Part shown: piece after piece, positions 11,349-24,276 of the stretch | Position numbering within the stretch: position 1 is the first letter of the stretch | How the letters are laid out: each line of letters opens with the position of its first letter | Source: Atractiella rhizophila | Lineage: Eukaryota | Assembly: GCA_021432655.1 (NCBI GenBank) | Contig: MU271331.1 | Span: forward strand, 56,144-89,853 | DNA: 33,710 bases | Reading direction: 5' to 3' | Made by a program: the position numbers and the translations under genes | Notes under the pieces: model-generated | Database searches by the model: none | The model's input: the letters and a program-made list of their open reading frames with translations, nothing else | What the model was told of the DNA's origin: nothing

Positions 11349-14300
11349 ATGTTCTTCTTCCCTCCATTCACAATATTCCGTGGCCATGTGCTTATCCATC
11401 CTAATGTATCGACTTTCATCCAAATTGTTGGACTGAATCCCACAACTGCTTCACACTCAAACAAGAAGCGATCTTTGTCAACCTTAGACCTGAATATCAA
11501 AACAGGCTCGATATTGTATGCCAATCCGGTGAGCCGGATTTGTTGCTAGGCAATGGATCACAGAGAACAGCTTCCTTTCAAGATTAGACAGACCGCTTCT
11601 CCGCCATCACACTGGTCTGGCACTCATTCTTATCGCGTTCGTCCTCAAACAAAAGAGAGGAGAGGGTTGAGCCCATTGTCACGCTCGCTGAATTACCAAA
11701 CCTGTTTGCCTGTCTGGCCAAGCTGCGCTGACACTCCTTTACTTTTACCTCAGCTTACCTACCACACACACAGCTTCTACTTTACCCCTTGGTTACACTC
11801 GCGATGAGCGAAACTGCTGGTCCATATCTTCTAGGCGGCCCGACATGGGACGCAAGTGCCATCGGTCTCGTTTCCAGCTTCGTATTAGGGCTAGGAATCG
11901 GCATTCCTCTACTGGTTTGTTCCACATATGCCATCAGTTTATTTGTGTCGTCTCTGAAGGGAACACAGGTTGTATTCAGCTTCGTACACCTCAAATACCG
12001 CTCCTTCTACTTTCCTCGAACCTTCTTTCCCCCTCCTGCCTCCCGTTCATCCCCTCCTCGAGCTTCAGATGGGAAGTTCACCTGGCTTTGGAACCCTTTC
12101 TACACCGCTCAACGGGGTGGGAGGTGGAGAGAATGGCTTTATGGTCCTCCATATCCATGGCTCCGCCCCCCTAACTCACCAATGCCGACCTTAATGGACG
12201 GAGATGGAGGGAAGAAGGCAGAAGAGGTATTTTTAAACGACGAGCACCTTCACCTCCGCACTCTCGCCCTCTTCTTCCGCATCGTCCTCCTCTGGTCCCT
12301 CTGCGGCCTCCTCATCGGTCTCCCACTCTACACCGTCGGGGTCCCTACACTCGCTGGATTAGCGGAAGAAGGGACAATAGGACGATATGCGAGCTTGGAC
12401 CAACTTAACCTCCTCCGTCTGTTGCGCGCCTACGACATCGAGAAAGATGTTGGAGCGCAGGGTTCATTCCACGTAGATGGGTTGAGCGCTGGACACAGGT
12501 TGATAGTCATCACGGCCTTCGCGCTCACGATACCGATCGTGGGCACGCTCTGGCTATTGAAGGAGGAATTCGACTTGGTCATTCAGAACCGGAGACAGTT
12601 TCGGGAGGTCTATTGCAAAGGGTTGGAGATCGGGTTCCTCGGCGTCAATGCGTGGAAGCGCAGTTGGCTTTGGGGTTGGAGGGGGAGAGGGAAGAAGAGG
12701 TACCAGTTGAAGGGGATGAGCGATGTACGTCTTCGCGAGTTGCTCGTCATGTGTGGGCTGGGACCGGAAGAAGAGGGGAGTGTCAGGGCAAAGGAGAAGG
12801 ATAGAGAAGGGAGGAGGAGGAAGGAGAGCGGATTCGGCTGGATGGCCAGACTCATGGATCCGAATGCTAGTTCACAACCATCGAGGTTGGAACATGAGAC
12901 AAAAAACTCGAGGTTCAGGGACGTTGCGATTGCTTATGGTGGACTTGACGGCCAAGAACAGCCACCGAAGGAAATAGCGGTTGAAGGAGTCTACATGGTG
13001 GGGTGCGTTAACATCGCTCTTGACTGCGCAGAAAGGTACTGAAGATGACACAGCGATACATCTGAATTGGAGAAATTGGAGAAACAGAGACGGAAGGTGG
13101 TGGACCAGCTTGAAGAAGCAGAAGCGAGATAGTTCGTTCACTCATCTTTGCTGTATAGCAATCTCATAGCAGACTAGCCTTGCGAGCTTCGAACCATTCT
13201 CGGGATCTTTAGAAGAGGTGGATATTCCAAAAAGCAGTGGTTCCCGAGGCTTACGGCGCTTCTCTTTTGATGTTCGCATCTCCTGCCCCGTTTCCACTTG
13301 TTAATGATCGTTCTAGCCTCTCCATCTACACCGATCCGAGTCTCCGACGAAAGCCCCTGCACATTCCACGAACTCGCGAAATGAAGTACTCCTCTATGCT
13401 CCATCCCTCCACTATTCCCTCCGGCCCGCCGCCCCAAATCGAAGCTTTAGCGGGCCAAAATACCTCTTCGACTCTTCTGAGCCTCGACCGGAATCACCAA
13501 ACATCGTCACCCTGTTCCGACAGAAGACTCATGGGGCGTCATTCACGGAGGTCAACATAGAGGATGAGAACAACGAAGCCTATCGACAGTTTCCTCTAGG
13601 AAGCCAGATCCGAGTCAACCAGTCGGGAAGACTGGAACCCGTCACCCCCACTGCTGCTACCTTCCTACAAAGCGATACAACGATCCAGTCGAGTGACCAC
13701 GCTGGTGACTCTACCGTCAAACCATCCCCACCCTTGATGAGCCCAGCAGAAATGGCATCCATGTCCTCGTTGAGTCGCCTGAATCGTTCCTTCTCGACCG
13801 TGTCCCATAAACCATCTGTGCGCATTTCGAAAGAAGAGCGTCGACCTGAACCACTTATCCTTCGTGGAGGATCCGCCTCGCTGTCGCCAGGTCCCCAGAG
13901 AGGAATGGTCATTTCACTCAGCCTTGACTCAGTAGATCAGAGCGATGCAGAATCGGGTCGTGAGCTGTCGATAGCGACGGAGGAGACAGAGCGAGCTCAG
14001 GTTGGAGACGACATGCATTCAGATGGCGCCGCAACTCCCATACCAATGAGCTCTGTTCCCCTTCATCCTCTCGACCCATCCGACGACTTCGAAACAGCAA
14101 CGATAACTCATCCCTTCGGTGAAGCACGAATCAACTTCTCGTCTGATGTAGATCAGGCTCTCTTCCCTCGCCGCATGTTCTCAGATTCAACGCGTCCATA
14201 TGATCGGTCCTATTCTCAGGCTGGAAGTGGAAAGCGTAGTGCTAGCAATTTGACAGCACCACATTTTCGCGTGCAGACGTTTCGCCCGTATCTTCGACCC

Positions 14301-16208
14301 ATCCCTACGACAAGTCCGACACAGCTTGCAGATCTGTATAACACCATCAGGCGACTGAGGTCCCAGCTAAAGGTTTGTCGTGCCGTTAATCTTTAAGTTT
14401 TGCAAATGTTGATACCGTCCGTCTCAGAGATTGAATCCCGAGATCCAAGAACTGCAGAGACAAGTTGCCACGGATCTGGAAGAGGGTAAAGATGTTTGTG
14501 GTTGGGTACTAGTCGGGAAAGGTCTGCGACATCTCCAAGGAATTCAAATGGTCGAAGGGAGTTCGCGGGAAGATATTGTCTATCAAAGTCTGGACCATCC
14601 GAGCTTCGGTCCTCTTGGATTTTGGATCGGTTGGTTCATCGTCTCCGTCTGCTCAGCGGCGTTGTTGAGCCCTGCCACGGCACTATCCGTTTTACAACAG
14701 CCTGGTGTAGCGAATTACTTCAATTGGTTGCGACCTGTTCTCCAGAACAGCCAATTCGTCGTCGCTCTGTTGACCACCCTGATTCCAGCCCTGCTGTCAA
14801 TCTCCGTCCTCGCAGTTGCAATCACCCTCATAAGCCTCCTGGCAAAGTACAGCGATTCTACCTCAAGGACACGCACCAAGATCAACGCGTTTCGTGGCAG
14901 TCTCGCTTTCATTATCGTCATTGACATTGGTTGGTTCATTTCACTGGCTGCAGTCATCTTCGCAAGCAACGACATCCAATCGAACTCGAGAATATCACGA
15001 AGCCTTGCTGACGGCGCCATTGCTACCTCGACCCTGTTTTTTGTCGCATCTGTCGGACTGCTTGTTTTACCCGGTCTTCTTGTGTTGCGTCTACGCGACG
15101 CAATCCGAATCCAGCTGAAGTGGAAGAAGATAGTCACACCCCGTGCACGCTTTCAAGGTGAGCATCCTCCAAAGGTTTCCACTGTTTTAATTCTTTTGTT
15201 CGGAAAGCGTTACGACCTAGAACCTTCAACGCATTTATCTGCAGCTCTTTTATTAGTTTTAGCATTCTGTCCTTCTCGTTTTTTTTCATGATTGCCCCAT
15301 TACTTGTAAGCCTCTCCCTTTTCGTAGTTTCGATTCTAACGTAGTATTAGGCCATTCCATTAATTGTCGTCCTCCCATTGACATTTGCTACACAACGTTT
15401 CAATGTCTCTCAGGTTTTTACGCGTTCATCTCAGAGCGGCGGTCGCTATGCTACATCTATCATTCTGTGTGCTTCCGCCGCTGTTTGCACCCAACCTCTC
15501 CTTCTAGGATTCGTCCTCCTATCTCGCGATAGGTGGACCTCGGCTGGATTATGTTTCGCAGTTGCATTTGTTGCTCTGATTACCTCTTGCGTGTATTGGA
15601 GATACACCTCAGGTCAAGTCGGCAGAAAGGATCTCCACCCAACGACGCAAGCAGGTCTCAGGGCGTTTGAAGATGGCGCGCGATTGATCGAAGTCCCTGA
15701 AGAGCAGGAGCGTTTGTCATCCTCAGCTGCAGCCTCAGCAGCTCTGGAAACAAACCGTCGCCACTCAATGGCATCTATTCTGGATCTTTTGAACCACTTG
15801 GACACGCCATCCGATTCAAGAGGTCTTCAAACCTCCCCACGCAAAGCACGAGCGGTCCCAATCTCAACAGAGATCATCTCAAATGATTACGGTTGCTCCA
15901 AACTTGTGTCCAGAACCCACTCCATGGCACCTCCGTCTCTCCCCCCACTTCCGTTTTCATCCCAGGATGACACTCTGGCTCGCGAGATGCTTTACAATCC
16001 CGTCCTCATCACAAAAGATCCCATCGTAATCTTGCCCCGGGACTTGTTGTCGCGAGAGGAGGCAGATGATAGCCAGAAGTACTGGGGCATTGAAGCAGTT
16101 TACCAAGATTCCGTTCCTCTATCAGCTTTGCCAGGCTTGAAGGCCTCTCCTCGTCCGGAGGACGCAGCACTGGACATTGCCTTACCTCCACTCCCTGTCT
16201 CAAAATAA
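11349..16208 (+). CDS. Divergent CSC1/OSCA/TMEM63 (DUF221)-like multi-pass membrane protein with large cytosolic insertions; 5' end uncertain
   Basis: ORFs 11789-13042, 13734-14396, 14431-15291 and 15378-16208 join in frame via short introns. Recognisable blocks are TM0 + YRSFYFPRTF, LHLRTLALFFRIVLLWSLCGLLIGLPLY, DTSELEKLEKQRRKVVDQLEEAEARYL, REDIVYQSL (a P.DI.W.NL equivalent), KIVTPRARF and a multi-TM C-terminal half. Confidence 0.72.
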
Positions 16209-16462
16209 AATGTAGAACTCTGTCGTCGTGTTTCCTTTCCTCAGGTAGTTTCAGTCGTTGATGTATGTTAGTTATCCTGGCATTGTTTAGCGGTATACGT
16301 AAAGGGCTTGTGTACGAATTAGCACAGGTAGTAATACAACTAGCACAAAAGCACAGACAATCAATTCGTATAATATGAAATGAAATGCTATCAACTGATG
16401 TTACTGAGTGTTGCACATCCTTAACCATTGCAAAAATTGTGGAGTAACCTTTCGAGAGATAC

Positions 16463-19400
16463 TTAATCTTGAAGAATCTCAACATCCTTGCCCATCTTCA
16501 CCTCTTCACCAATAATGATACTATCATCAACCGGTCCGCGTCCCTTCCCATAGACAGCAAGTACAGGCTCTTGTTGGGGTATCTTGTCCAGATCGATATC
16601 CAGCCCGAGGATCGATTGAAGGACAATCAGCGATCCTAGTTTTGCGAGGACTATGTTGCCTTCTGAGCAATTGGACGAGGCAACACAGGATGGGCAACCC
16701 TCCTCACACGGACAAGACGAGATAGTTTTCTCGGCTGTCGAAAGAAGCAACGAAATGTGATCGAAGATTTTGGCACATATGCCACCTGAGTTTCCGCCTT
16801 TGTCGTATAGAATCAACCTGCCCGTGGAGTGTTAGCCTCCCAGGTAAGGAGAGCAATTGGTTTCACCTTGCTGGTCGCTTCCGCCGTGACTTTTTGGAAT
16901 TCAGCTCTGAACGGACAACGGACACATCAATATATCAATTGGCACATAAAGATGTCGAACCTTTTTGCGGAGCCTTACACTCCGTTTGCACTTCTCCATG
17001 TGTACTCATGGCAAAGACTATACACTTGTAAGATGGCGTAGACAAGAAGGAGACGACGCACTGGGAGTTAAGCTGATGATGGCATGATTGGCAGCATGTA
17101 TTGACCCGGCGACGTGAAAGCCTTTTGCTCTGAGGATCTCAATTCCATGTCTTGGCACATCAATCCACATCCCGTCTCCTTCTCTCTCGAAAGGGGGAAA
17201 GTCTACATCCACAGTGTCCAAGACGTTGTTTTTTCGATCCACTTTGAAGTATCCATAGACCACTCGTCTCACTTTATCATGATTTCAGTCCACCTTCTCG
17301 ATGATCTAAGCAAGTGCGCACCTCTCACTTTCCCGTAATACGCACGTGCTGTTCCGCCCTTGATCTCCCGAATCCTACGCGTTTCCATAGCGTCCACATC
17401 CGTAAAATCTCTTTGCCTGGTAATCCAATCCACATCCTTTCTCCTCACCATTGCCAGTTTTCGGTCGTGATCGACCTCGCCAACCAGGTAACTTCGTCCT
17501 TGGTGCAAGAATACTGCTCCTTCATAGGCTTCGAAAGCTGCTCTCGACCACTCAATCTCTTCCAACACCTGTGCACCTCCACCACTCGATAGCGCTACAA
17601 CCTTGTACATCTCGTCGTCGTTTGCTCGAATCTTCACCATGTTTGCAGGATAAGGTTGAAAGTTTTGATGACAATGATAGAATCCCTCTCGATCTCCAGT
17701 GAGGCGCCGCCGACAGACTTCTGCCATTTCCTCCCCAAAGTAGACCTGATCTTCGTCAGCACGAAGTGGCATCTCGTACGCAGCACATTGAAGATGACCT
17801 TCCAGAACGAGGGGATTAGTGAGATCGAGACAGACTGATGTGTTTGGTTGAGTGTGAAGTTCTGATGGGTTTGAGCATAATGTTGGTCGACAGCAAAAGC
17901 ATCGCAGATCAACATGGAGAGTGAGTCCTTGTTCCTTCGTCCAGCCCTGCCTGCTTGTTGGCGCTGCAAAAACATCAGTCCCAGCTAGCCAGCTGTTTGT
18001 GAGCCGCCATACCAATGCAGGGAGGGAGTAGGGGAACCCCATAGTAATGACGGCATCGAGAGTTCCGATATCAATACCTACGCCAATTTCAACAAAGTCA
18101 GGATGGGCATGAGTGGAAGCTGACCAAGCTCTAAAGCGCTAGTGGCAATGATTCCCAGCAGAGCGCCTTCAAACATATCCTTCTCTATCCGTCGTCGTTC
18201 CTACATAGCGCAACATCACGAGTTCGTAAACGTTGCATACGGTGACAAGAGCCTTACCTGGGGACTATATCCACCTCTGTAACTGGAAATCTTTGCACTC
18301 AAGTCTTGCCTTCCTTCTGCCAACAAGTCAGCTGTGATAGTCTTCATGACTATCTCGCACAGCTTCCTAACCTGCACCATCACAGGGCAAAACCAGGAAA
18401 CATCAGAAAAGTGTCTCATTTGAATAGCTGAGAAGGCGTTACCCGACAAAATACGATGGTCCTCACACCCTTCGCCAACAGGAACCTAAAAACTTTGCTA
18501 GTCTCCCCCACAGCCGACGCCCTTCCCTGCCTCTTATCTTCATCATCTAACAACGGCGGATTCCAGACGATATGCTCCTTCCGTCCAGAAGGGGAGCCAT
18601 CTTCTTCTACTGATTGAACGTCCGTTATACCGAAGACAGTTTGCATATGCTGTCACCAGTCCATCCTTAATATGGAGGAGCTGCGAAGGGGTTAAATGGG
18701 GAAAAGTACAGTGATTGGATTAGCCACTGTTGCACTGCATGCTACGAACTTGATCTTTCGGTTGCCCACAGCTGCACAAAGACGGCGGAGACTTCACATT
18801 CTCTTTGATCAGCTTCTTTCCTTCACTTTGGAAAAGCTAAATCACTGACCGACGCATCACGAAGGCGACATGAGCCCCAAAGAGCCCATTGTAAACATGG
18901 AGTTCTGTTGCAATTCCACATGAGAGCAGAAGACTAACAGCTGGAATAGTCGCACCGTCCAATACAACCACTCTAAGGTTCCTTAAGAAGTGCCTCCATT
19001 TTTCCTCGTGCGGAAGGATGGTGACGTGTAGGATGTCGGGATTCACGAAAAGGATGCTCGCGTTCTCCGTATGAAATCCCTGTCTTCTTTCGGTGTATCT
19101 CCATCAAACGTCGCTATCTAATCTCACATCAAAGGGATTCAGATCTGACTAGAATAAACAGGAAGAGGTGAGACTGCGCACTTTGATGTGTTGTAGCGAC
19201 GGCCCACAGTCCCTCAGTAAGTCCCCTAGCGACCTCATCTGGTCTTGTGCGAGTGCCTTGGTAGGGAAAACGTAGAAAGCTTTCGCTTGGGGATCTTTTA
19301 TAGCCTCTATTATAGAAGGGAGTTGATATATGATCGATTTGCCTAACCATGAGCCAATAAATTTCACAATCATTGATGAGGGATGGCACGAGGTAACGGC

Positions 19401-20846
19401 CATGGAAAAGGACCGCACCTGAAGAAGTTGACGTAGTGGTAATGACACCTTCGATCCCAGAACTGGAATATAGATGATTGAGGGCTTCCGTCTGGTGCGA
19501 ATAGAGGCCGAGAATCCCTTTATTCTCCAAGGCCGCCTTTACGCATTCCGGCAGTTCAAAGTTCAAAGTCCCTTCACCATCGTAGTCAGCTTTAACTCAT
19601 CCACGAAATTAGAGTGGCGAAAGCGATAGACGAACCAAACGTAGCCTGTCTCTCCTCAACTACCACCCTACCCCCCTCCACGATCTGGTCCTTATACCCC
19701 TCTTGTCCAATCAACTCCTCAACCAACATCCTAACACTCGGCCGTCCATATCGCATATAAAAATCCGTATCGTACCTCAACTCGCTTATTCCCTCTCTAT
19801 CCGACTTTGTAGGGCTGGGAATGGACGTGGGACGGATGGGGAGATGCTCTTTCGCCGCGTGTTGGAGGATTTCGACGGGGTCGGGACATGGTGGTGGGGA
19901 TGAAGAACAGCCGAGGAGGAGGGCGGAGACGGACTCTACGAACTTTTGGTTTCGCTTTGAGATTAGGCTCGCCATGCCTTTGATCGTCGGGTCCTTTCTG
20001 TCCTTCAACCGAGTCAGTTCTTCTTCAGGTGGCAGAGCGAGGGAAGAGAGAGAGATAAGGATAGAATGGGACGAACCTCCTGGATGACCCGGCGAGGTCG
20101 CCGTCGTTAAACGAAAAGAAGAGGACGTGTTCATCCTCGTCTTCTTCTTTCGAGAAAGCGTCGTACACGTCCACATCTTGCCCCTTCTCCTTTTCCTTCG
20201 AATCCGAAGAAGTTGAGCCAGATGTTCCAGGTTGTGTTCCTTCGACATGGACGCGAATGGACTCTCTGTCCATGTACGCGAAAGTGATGAGGTCAGGCAA
20301 GAGCGCACGGAGCTCAGCGAGGTCGGAGACGGGGAGCGGCCTGCAGTGATACAGTCATTGTCAATTTATAGAAAGGGAGTATGTTAGGGTTGGGATAGAC
20401 GGACCTTTTGATGAGCTTCTCGACGGACGCTTTCATCCCTTCGTAAGTCGTGCTCGTCCTCTTCTTCGCCGCACAAAACGTGTACACCGTATTCAGCGCC
20501 TTTGGATCCCAGGTTTGTAAGTGCATCAATACAGTGGAACTATTGACGATAGGTAGAGAATGAAGATACACACTTTGAAGCATTTCTGCAGTTCCACAAA
20601 GTGTTCAGGCCACGGAACGGCCGACACAAAGCCAGCTGTGTTCCTCTTCTGCTTCTTCTCCAATCCCAACTCCTCCCCTGCAACTTGAAGTCCGTCAACC
20701 GATCCATCTTGTCCTTCGACTTCACTTTCAGCTGGGACAGAAGCAGAAGTTGACGCCTGCGTCTGAGGCGGCAAACGCCTCTTCTTCCTCCTTGGACCTG
20801 TTGAGTCGCTCGTGCCAGCAAAAATTGGAGCGATACGCTTCGACAT
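16463..20846 (-). CDS. HRQ1: RecQ4-family DEAH-box helicase Hrq1 with C-terminal DUF1998/Zn-binding domain; two apparent 1-nt deletions (~19067, ~17871)
   Basis: LYSHQ, TSTSSG|KS (Walker A), FPTKALAQDQ, FDGDTP, NPDILH, LD|ELHVY, SATVANP, YRGGY, ATSALELGIDIG, QQAGRAGRR, LEGHLQCAAYE, YEGAVFLHQG and CPCEEGCPSC, in the expected order. Confidence 0.95.
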
Positions 20847-21058
20847 GTTCCTTCCCTGGAACGAGCTACTTCGGAACATGCAACAGCCAAAAGTTGAGCG
20901 AATGACTTGACGCGAAGCAATGTGAGTCATGTTATGTTGTTATCAATTCGGGTTGTGTTGTGGATCAGTAACAGTATTCCGCACAACATAAGTACTCAAC
21001 TCAACTCAACTATTATTGATCATCTCTGAGCGTCTTCACTCGCTTACGAGAAGCAGTC

Positions 21059-22240
21059 ATGCCGATATCGCATCACTCCCACTCGGGTCAATTCTGCCAT
21101 CATGCCTCTGGCACCCTTCAGGACATGATCCAGTCTGCCATCGCAAAAGGGTTTAGGACGTATGGGCTGTCAGAGCACTGCCCACGGTATGAAAAGAGCG
21201 ATCTGTACCCAGAGGAGGTGTGTCAGTTGCTCAGAGATTCAACGTCATGAGTTTCATGTGTTGTGTTTGGTGACAGGAACATCTGCAAGTGGAACAGCTC
21301 GAGAAATTGTTCGACGATTACATATCCAAGGCTTCTTCTTTAAAGAAAGAACACGAAGGACGATTATCTCTCTTGATAGGTCTGGAGACGGAATATCTCC
21401 GCCCAGCCTCCATCTCCTCCTTGCTCTCTCTTCTCTCCAAACATCCATCCATCGACTACTTGGTTGGCTCAGTCCACCATGTGAATTCCATACCCATAGA
21501 CTTCTCCCAACCTCTCTTCTCCAAAGCCCTCTCCTCCTGTGGCGATTCCATCCCGAAGCTTCTCGAGACTTACTTCGACCATCAATACGAGATCATCGAT
21601 TCCCTCCTTCCCGAAATCATCGGCCACTTCGACGTCATCCGCCTCTTTCTTCCTTCCGAAGAGAAGGAGGTGGATTGGAAGGAAGGAGAGGAGTATAGAG
21701 AGGTTTGGAAGAAGGTAGAGAGGAATGTGGAGCGCGCGATAGAGTATGGCGCCCTCTTCGAAATCAATACTGCCGGCTTCGCGAAGTGGGGCAAACCATG
21801 GTCTTCGATCGGCGTCATCAAGGTATGCAGATTTTTCTACTCTCTCCTTCTCTTCTTCCTCATCCTCACCGCTGACAGGTAGCGTACAGTTAATAATCCA
21901 GAAAGGAGGACGCCTGACATTGTCAGACGACTCACACTCGCCAGACCGCGTCGGACAATCATACCACCTCCTCAAATCCTGGTTTGCGCAAGCATTCCAC
22001 GACCAGCAGCAGGTAGACATCTGGCAACTCATCCCTTCTTCTGCTCCTCTTTTTACTACATCGGCGGCGGCGCAAGGAGTGGACGCGAACCAGAGCCGAA
22101 GATCCATTGGTGGAAAGGATGGGAAAAGGGAACCATGGACGAGGGTGAGAGCGGAGAAGGTGGAAGGCTTCTGGGAGGACGGTTTCTGGGACGAGGCGAT
22201 GGATGGGAGGTTTTGGAAGCCGCCGAATGTGGATGTTTGA
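21059..22240 (+). CDS. HIS2: Histidinol-phosphatase, PHP family (3 exons)
   Basis: SHHSHSGQFCHHA, LSEHCPR, GLETE, DYLVGSVHHVNSIPIDF, IIGHFDVIRLF, EINTAG and TLSDDSH are metal-ligand motifs of fungal His2. Confidence 0.93.
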
Positions 22241-22541
22241 TGGAAGGGGGAGGATAACTGAGCTGAAGAGGGCTGTTGTGAAGGAAATGCCGACTTTGGC
22301 ACATCCACACCTGTGAGGCCGCATCTCAACTCACTCACAGCAAAGAGCTGCTGATTGAGTCGTGCTCAAGCGCGTCTCCCACATTTGTTAATATATTAAC
22401 GGTGGGGGAGATGGAATGGACAAGAACTCGGAGCTAGAGAGGAGGGGTATGAACCTCCTGGCTGGGATTGGCGACTGGGGAGAAAAAGGGAATCCCTTGA
22501 GGGAAGATCGATATTAACTGAGCACGATGAAGTAGAAATAA

Positions 22542-23408
22542 TTACTTTTTGTCATCCTTTTCCAGGTCCAACTCCTCAAATCCCTCCTCCAACTCCCTCT
22601 CGAGCTCCAACGCCTTCCTCTCCGCCTCCGCCTCCTCCTCCATCCGCTCTTCATCCTCTCTCTGCCTCATCTTCATCTCCGCCTCTTTCGCCCTCTCCTC
22701 CACTTCCCTCCTCTTCTCCATCACCTCCCTCTCCTCCCTCCTCCGCTCGCTCTCCAACTTGGCCTCCTCCATTTTCCCAGCCTTCTCACCATCAAACTCC
22801 CTGACGACCTCCAACCCCGCCCTTCCAGCTGCGCTCGTGCCATGGAGCGCATCGTACATGACGCGCAACCGATGAGCCGTCCGATTCCAATTCGCCCTAG
22901 GATGGGTCGGGGGCATGAGGTGGAGATGAGCCCCATCCTTATTGTATGCCTGATCGTCACGCGAGATGCTACGCATCCCCTTCTTGTCAAACGCCAGACT
23001 CTCGCTCACCGCCTCCCCGAAAACTCCCTCGATCTCTTCATGCAGCATCGGCACCGGACGGGCGCCTTCGTTGAAGACCAAACGGTCGATGGAGGCCGAC
23101 ATCAGCTTTTCGTCGTTGAAGGGAATAGACAGTTGGAGGTTGTGATACAGGTCAATGGCATGTCGTAGCTTCTCGTCCTCCGTTTGTGGCTTCGCCGTCC
23201 CAGAGGATTTCCGTTTTCGTCGGGTGACGGGTGTGGATGAGGGAGAGGACTGGATGGTGGACAGGATGGAGGGGTCGACCTTGTGGTGTCGTCTCGTACG
23301 CGCCGTCTCCCGGGCGGGACGAGGATGGCGGGGCGCATGGGTAGCGGTGGAGAGGGAGCGGAAGGATGAGGCGAGCCGAAAGGCGTTGGGGCGAGTGGGA
23401 ATCATCAT
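22542..23408 (-). CDS. Uncharacterised protein with mitochondrial presequence-like N-terminus and acidic coiled-coil C-terminus
   Basis: Uninterrupted 288-aa ORF. The N-terminus is Arg/Ser-rich and lacks acidic residues (RPNAFRLASSFRSLSTAT), and the tail is E/K/R-rich and helical. A CTGAC...TTACAG acceptor just upstream of the ATG suggests a 5' UTR intron. Confidence 0.75.
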   Translation of the reverse strand: MMIPTRPNAFRLASSFRSLSTATHAPRHPRPARETARTRRHHKVDPSILSTIQSSPSSTPVTRRKRKSSGTAKPQTEDEKLRHAIDLYHNLQLSIPFNDEKLMSASIDRLVFNEGARPVPMLHEEIEGVFGEAVSESLAFDKKGMRSISRDDQAYNKDGAHLHLMPPTHPRANWNRTAHRLRVMYDALHGTSAAGRAGLEVVREFDGEKAGKMEEAKLESERRREEREVMEKRREVEERAKEAEMKMRQREDEERMEEEAEAERKALELERELEEGFEELDLEKDDKK

Positions 23409-24276
23409 GTTGGTCTGTAATGAGGAGCATTGTCAGCATTCGTGGTGAAACAGGGAAATCATATTCTTCCTCTTAAGGGGACGAGTTAGTTTTCTGCAGA
23501 TTTGAAGTCTGAGAATGTACAGACGGCGTCGTGAGCAGTAAGATCTCCGTTTCTTCCCCAGGAGATGCTCGTTTTATTGAGACTAAAAGTGACAATGAAA
23601 TAATTTTCACCAAAAGTCCCATTATTCTGTCCAATATCACTGAAAGGGTGATGAAAGAGTGTCTGAAACGGCGTCCCATCTGACGGGTCAGTCTAGGCGA
23701 AGGACAGAAGTACAAGCTGGCTCGAGAAGAGTCGCATTACTTCCCTCCATCCATAACTGCTAAATGAAGACACTGTTTAGTGAGTCCAAACACGCAGGGA
23801 TCAACCAGTAACTTTAGTAGAAACAAAGCATAGCGACACAACATTCCTTTTAATTCCACTGTCCCTCAAAACATGATGCTTTGGAACAGTGAAAGAAGGA
23901 AATGTTGTCTGCTCGCTAGTCTGCTCTGGCAAGAGCAGGAAGGAGAATTCATGGTCCCCCCACCGACCCATAGCAATTAGTGGAGGTACTGTCACTGCCT
24001 CAGGTACGGACTCTCCTTTGTCATACGGAGAAAAGGCAGTATGCAGCTGCTGTCCATTTTTGAGCGAAGAAAAGCTCCCAGACCTTTCGTCTTCGCAACG
24101 CGAAGGAAGACGAACCTATTGCTATAATGCCTCCGTAAAGCACTCCAATATATCCCCTTAATGCCGTTAGACCAATAATCTTTGCGTTGATTTATCCCTC
24201 ACTGTCTACTGCTTCCTCTTGTAGTTCTGTTTGATGACTCATACTTTCTCCAAAAAAGTTTCCTCTTCCAGCAACA

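Noticed and set aside
22387..22400. Perfect palindrome GTTAATATATTAAC between convergent genes
   Set aside because: A short AT-rich palindrome in a 3' end region with no other support for function.
21469..22875. Long antisense ORFs (21469-22338, 22549-22875) and similar shadows elsewhere
   Set aside because: They mirror the codon bias of real genes on the opposite strand and have no independent motifs.
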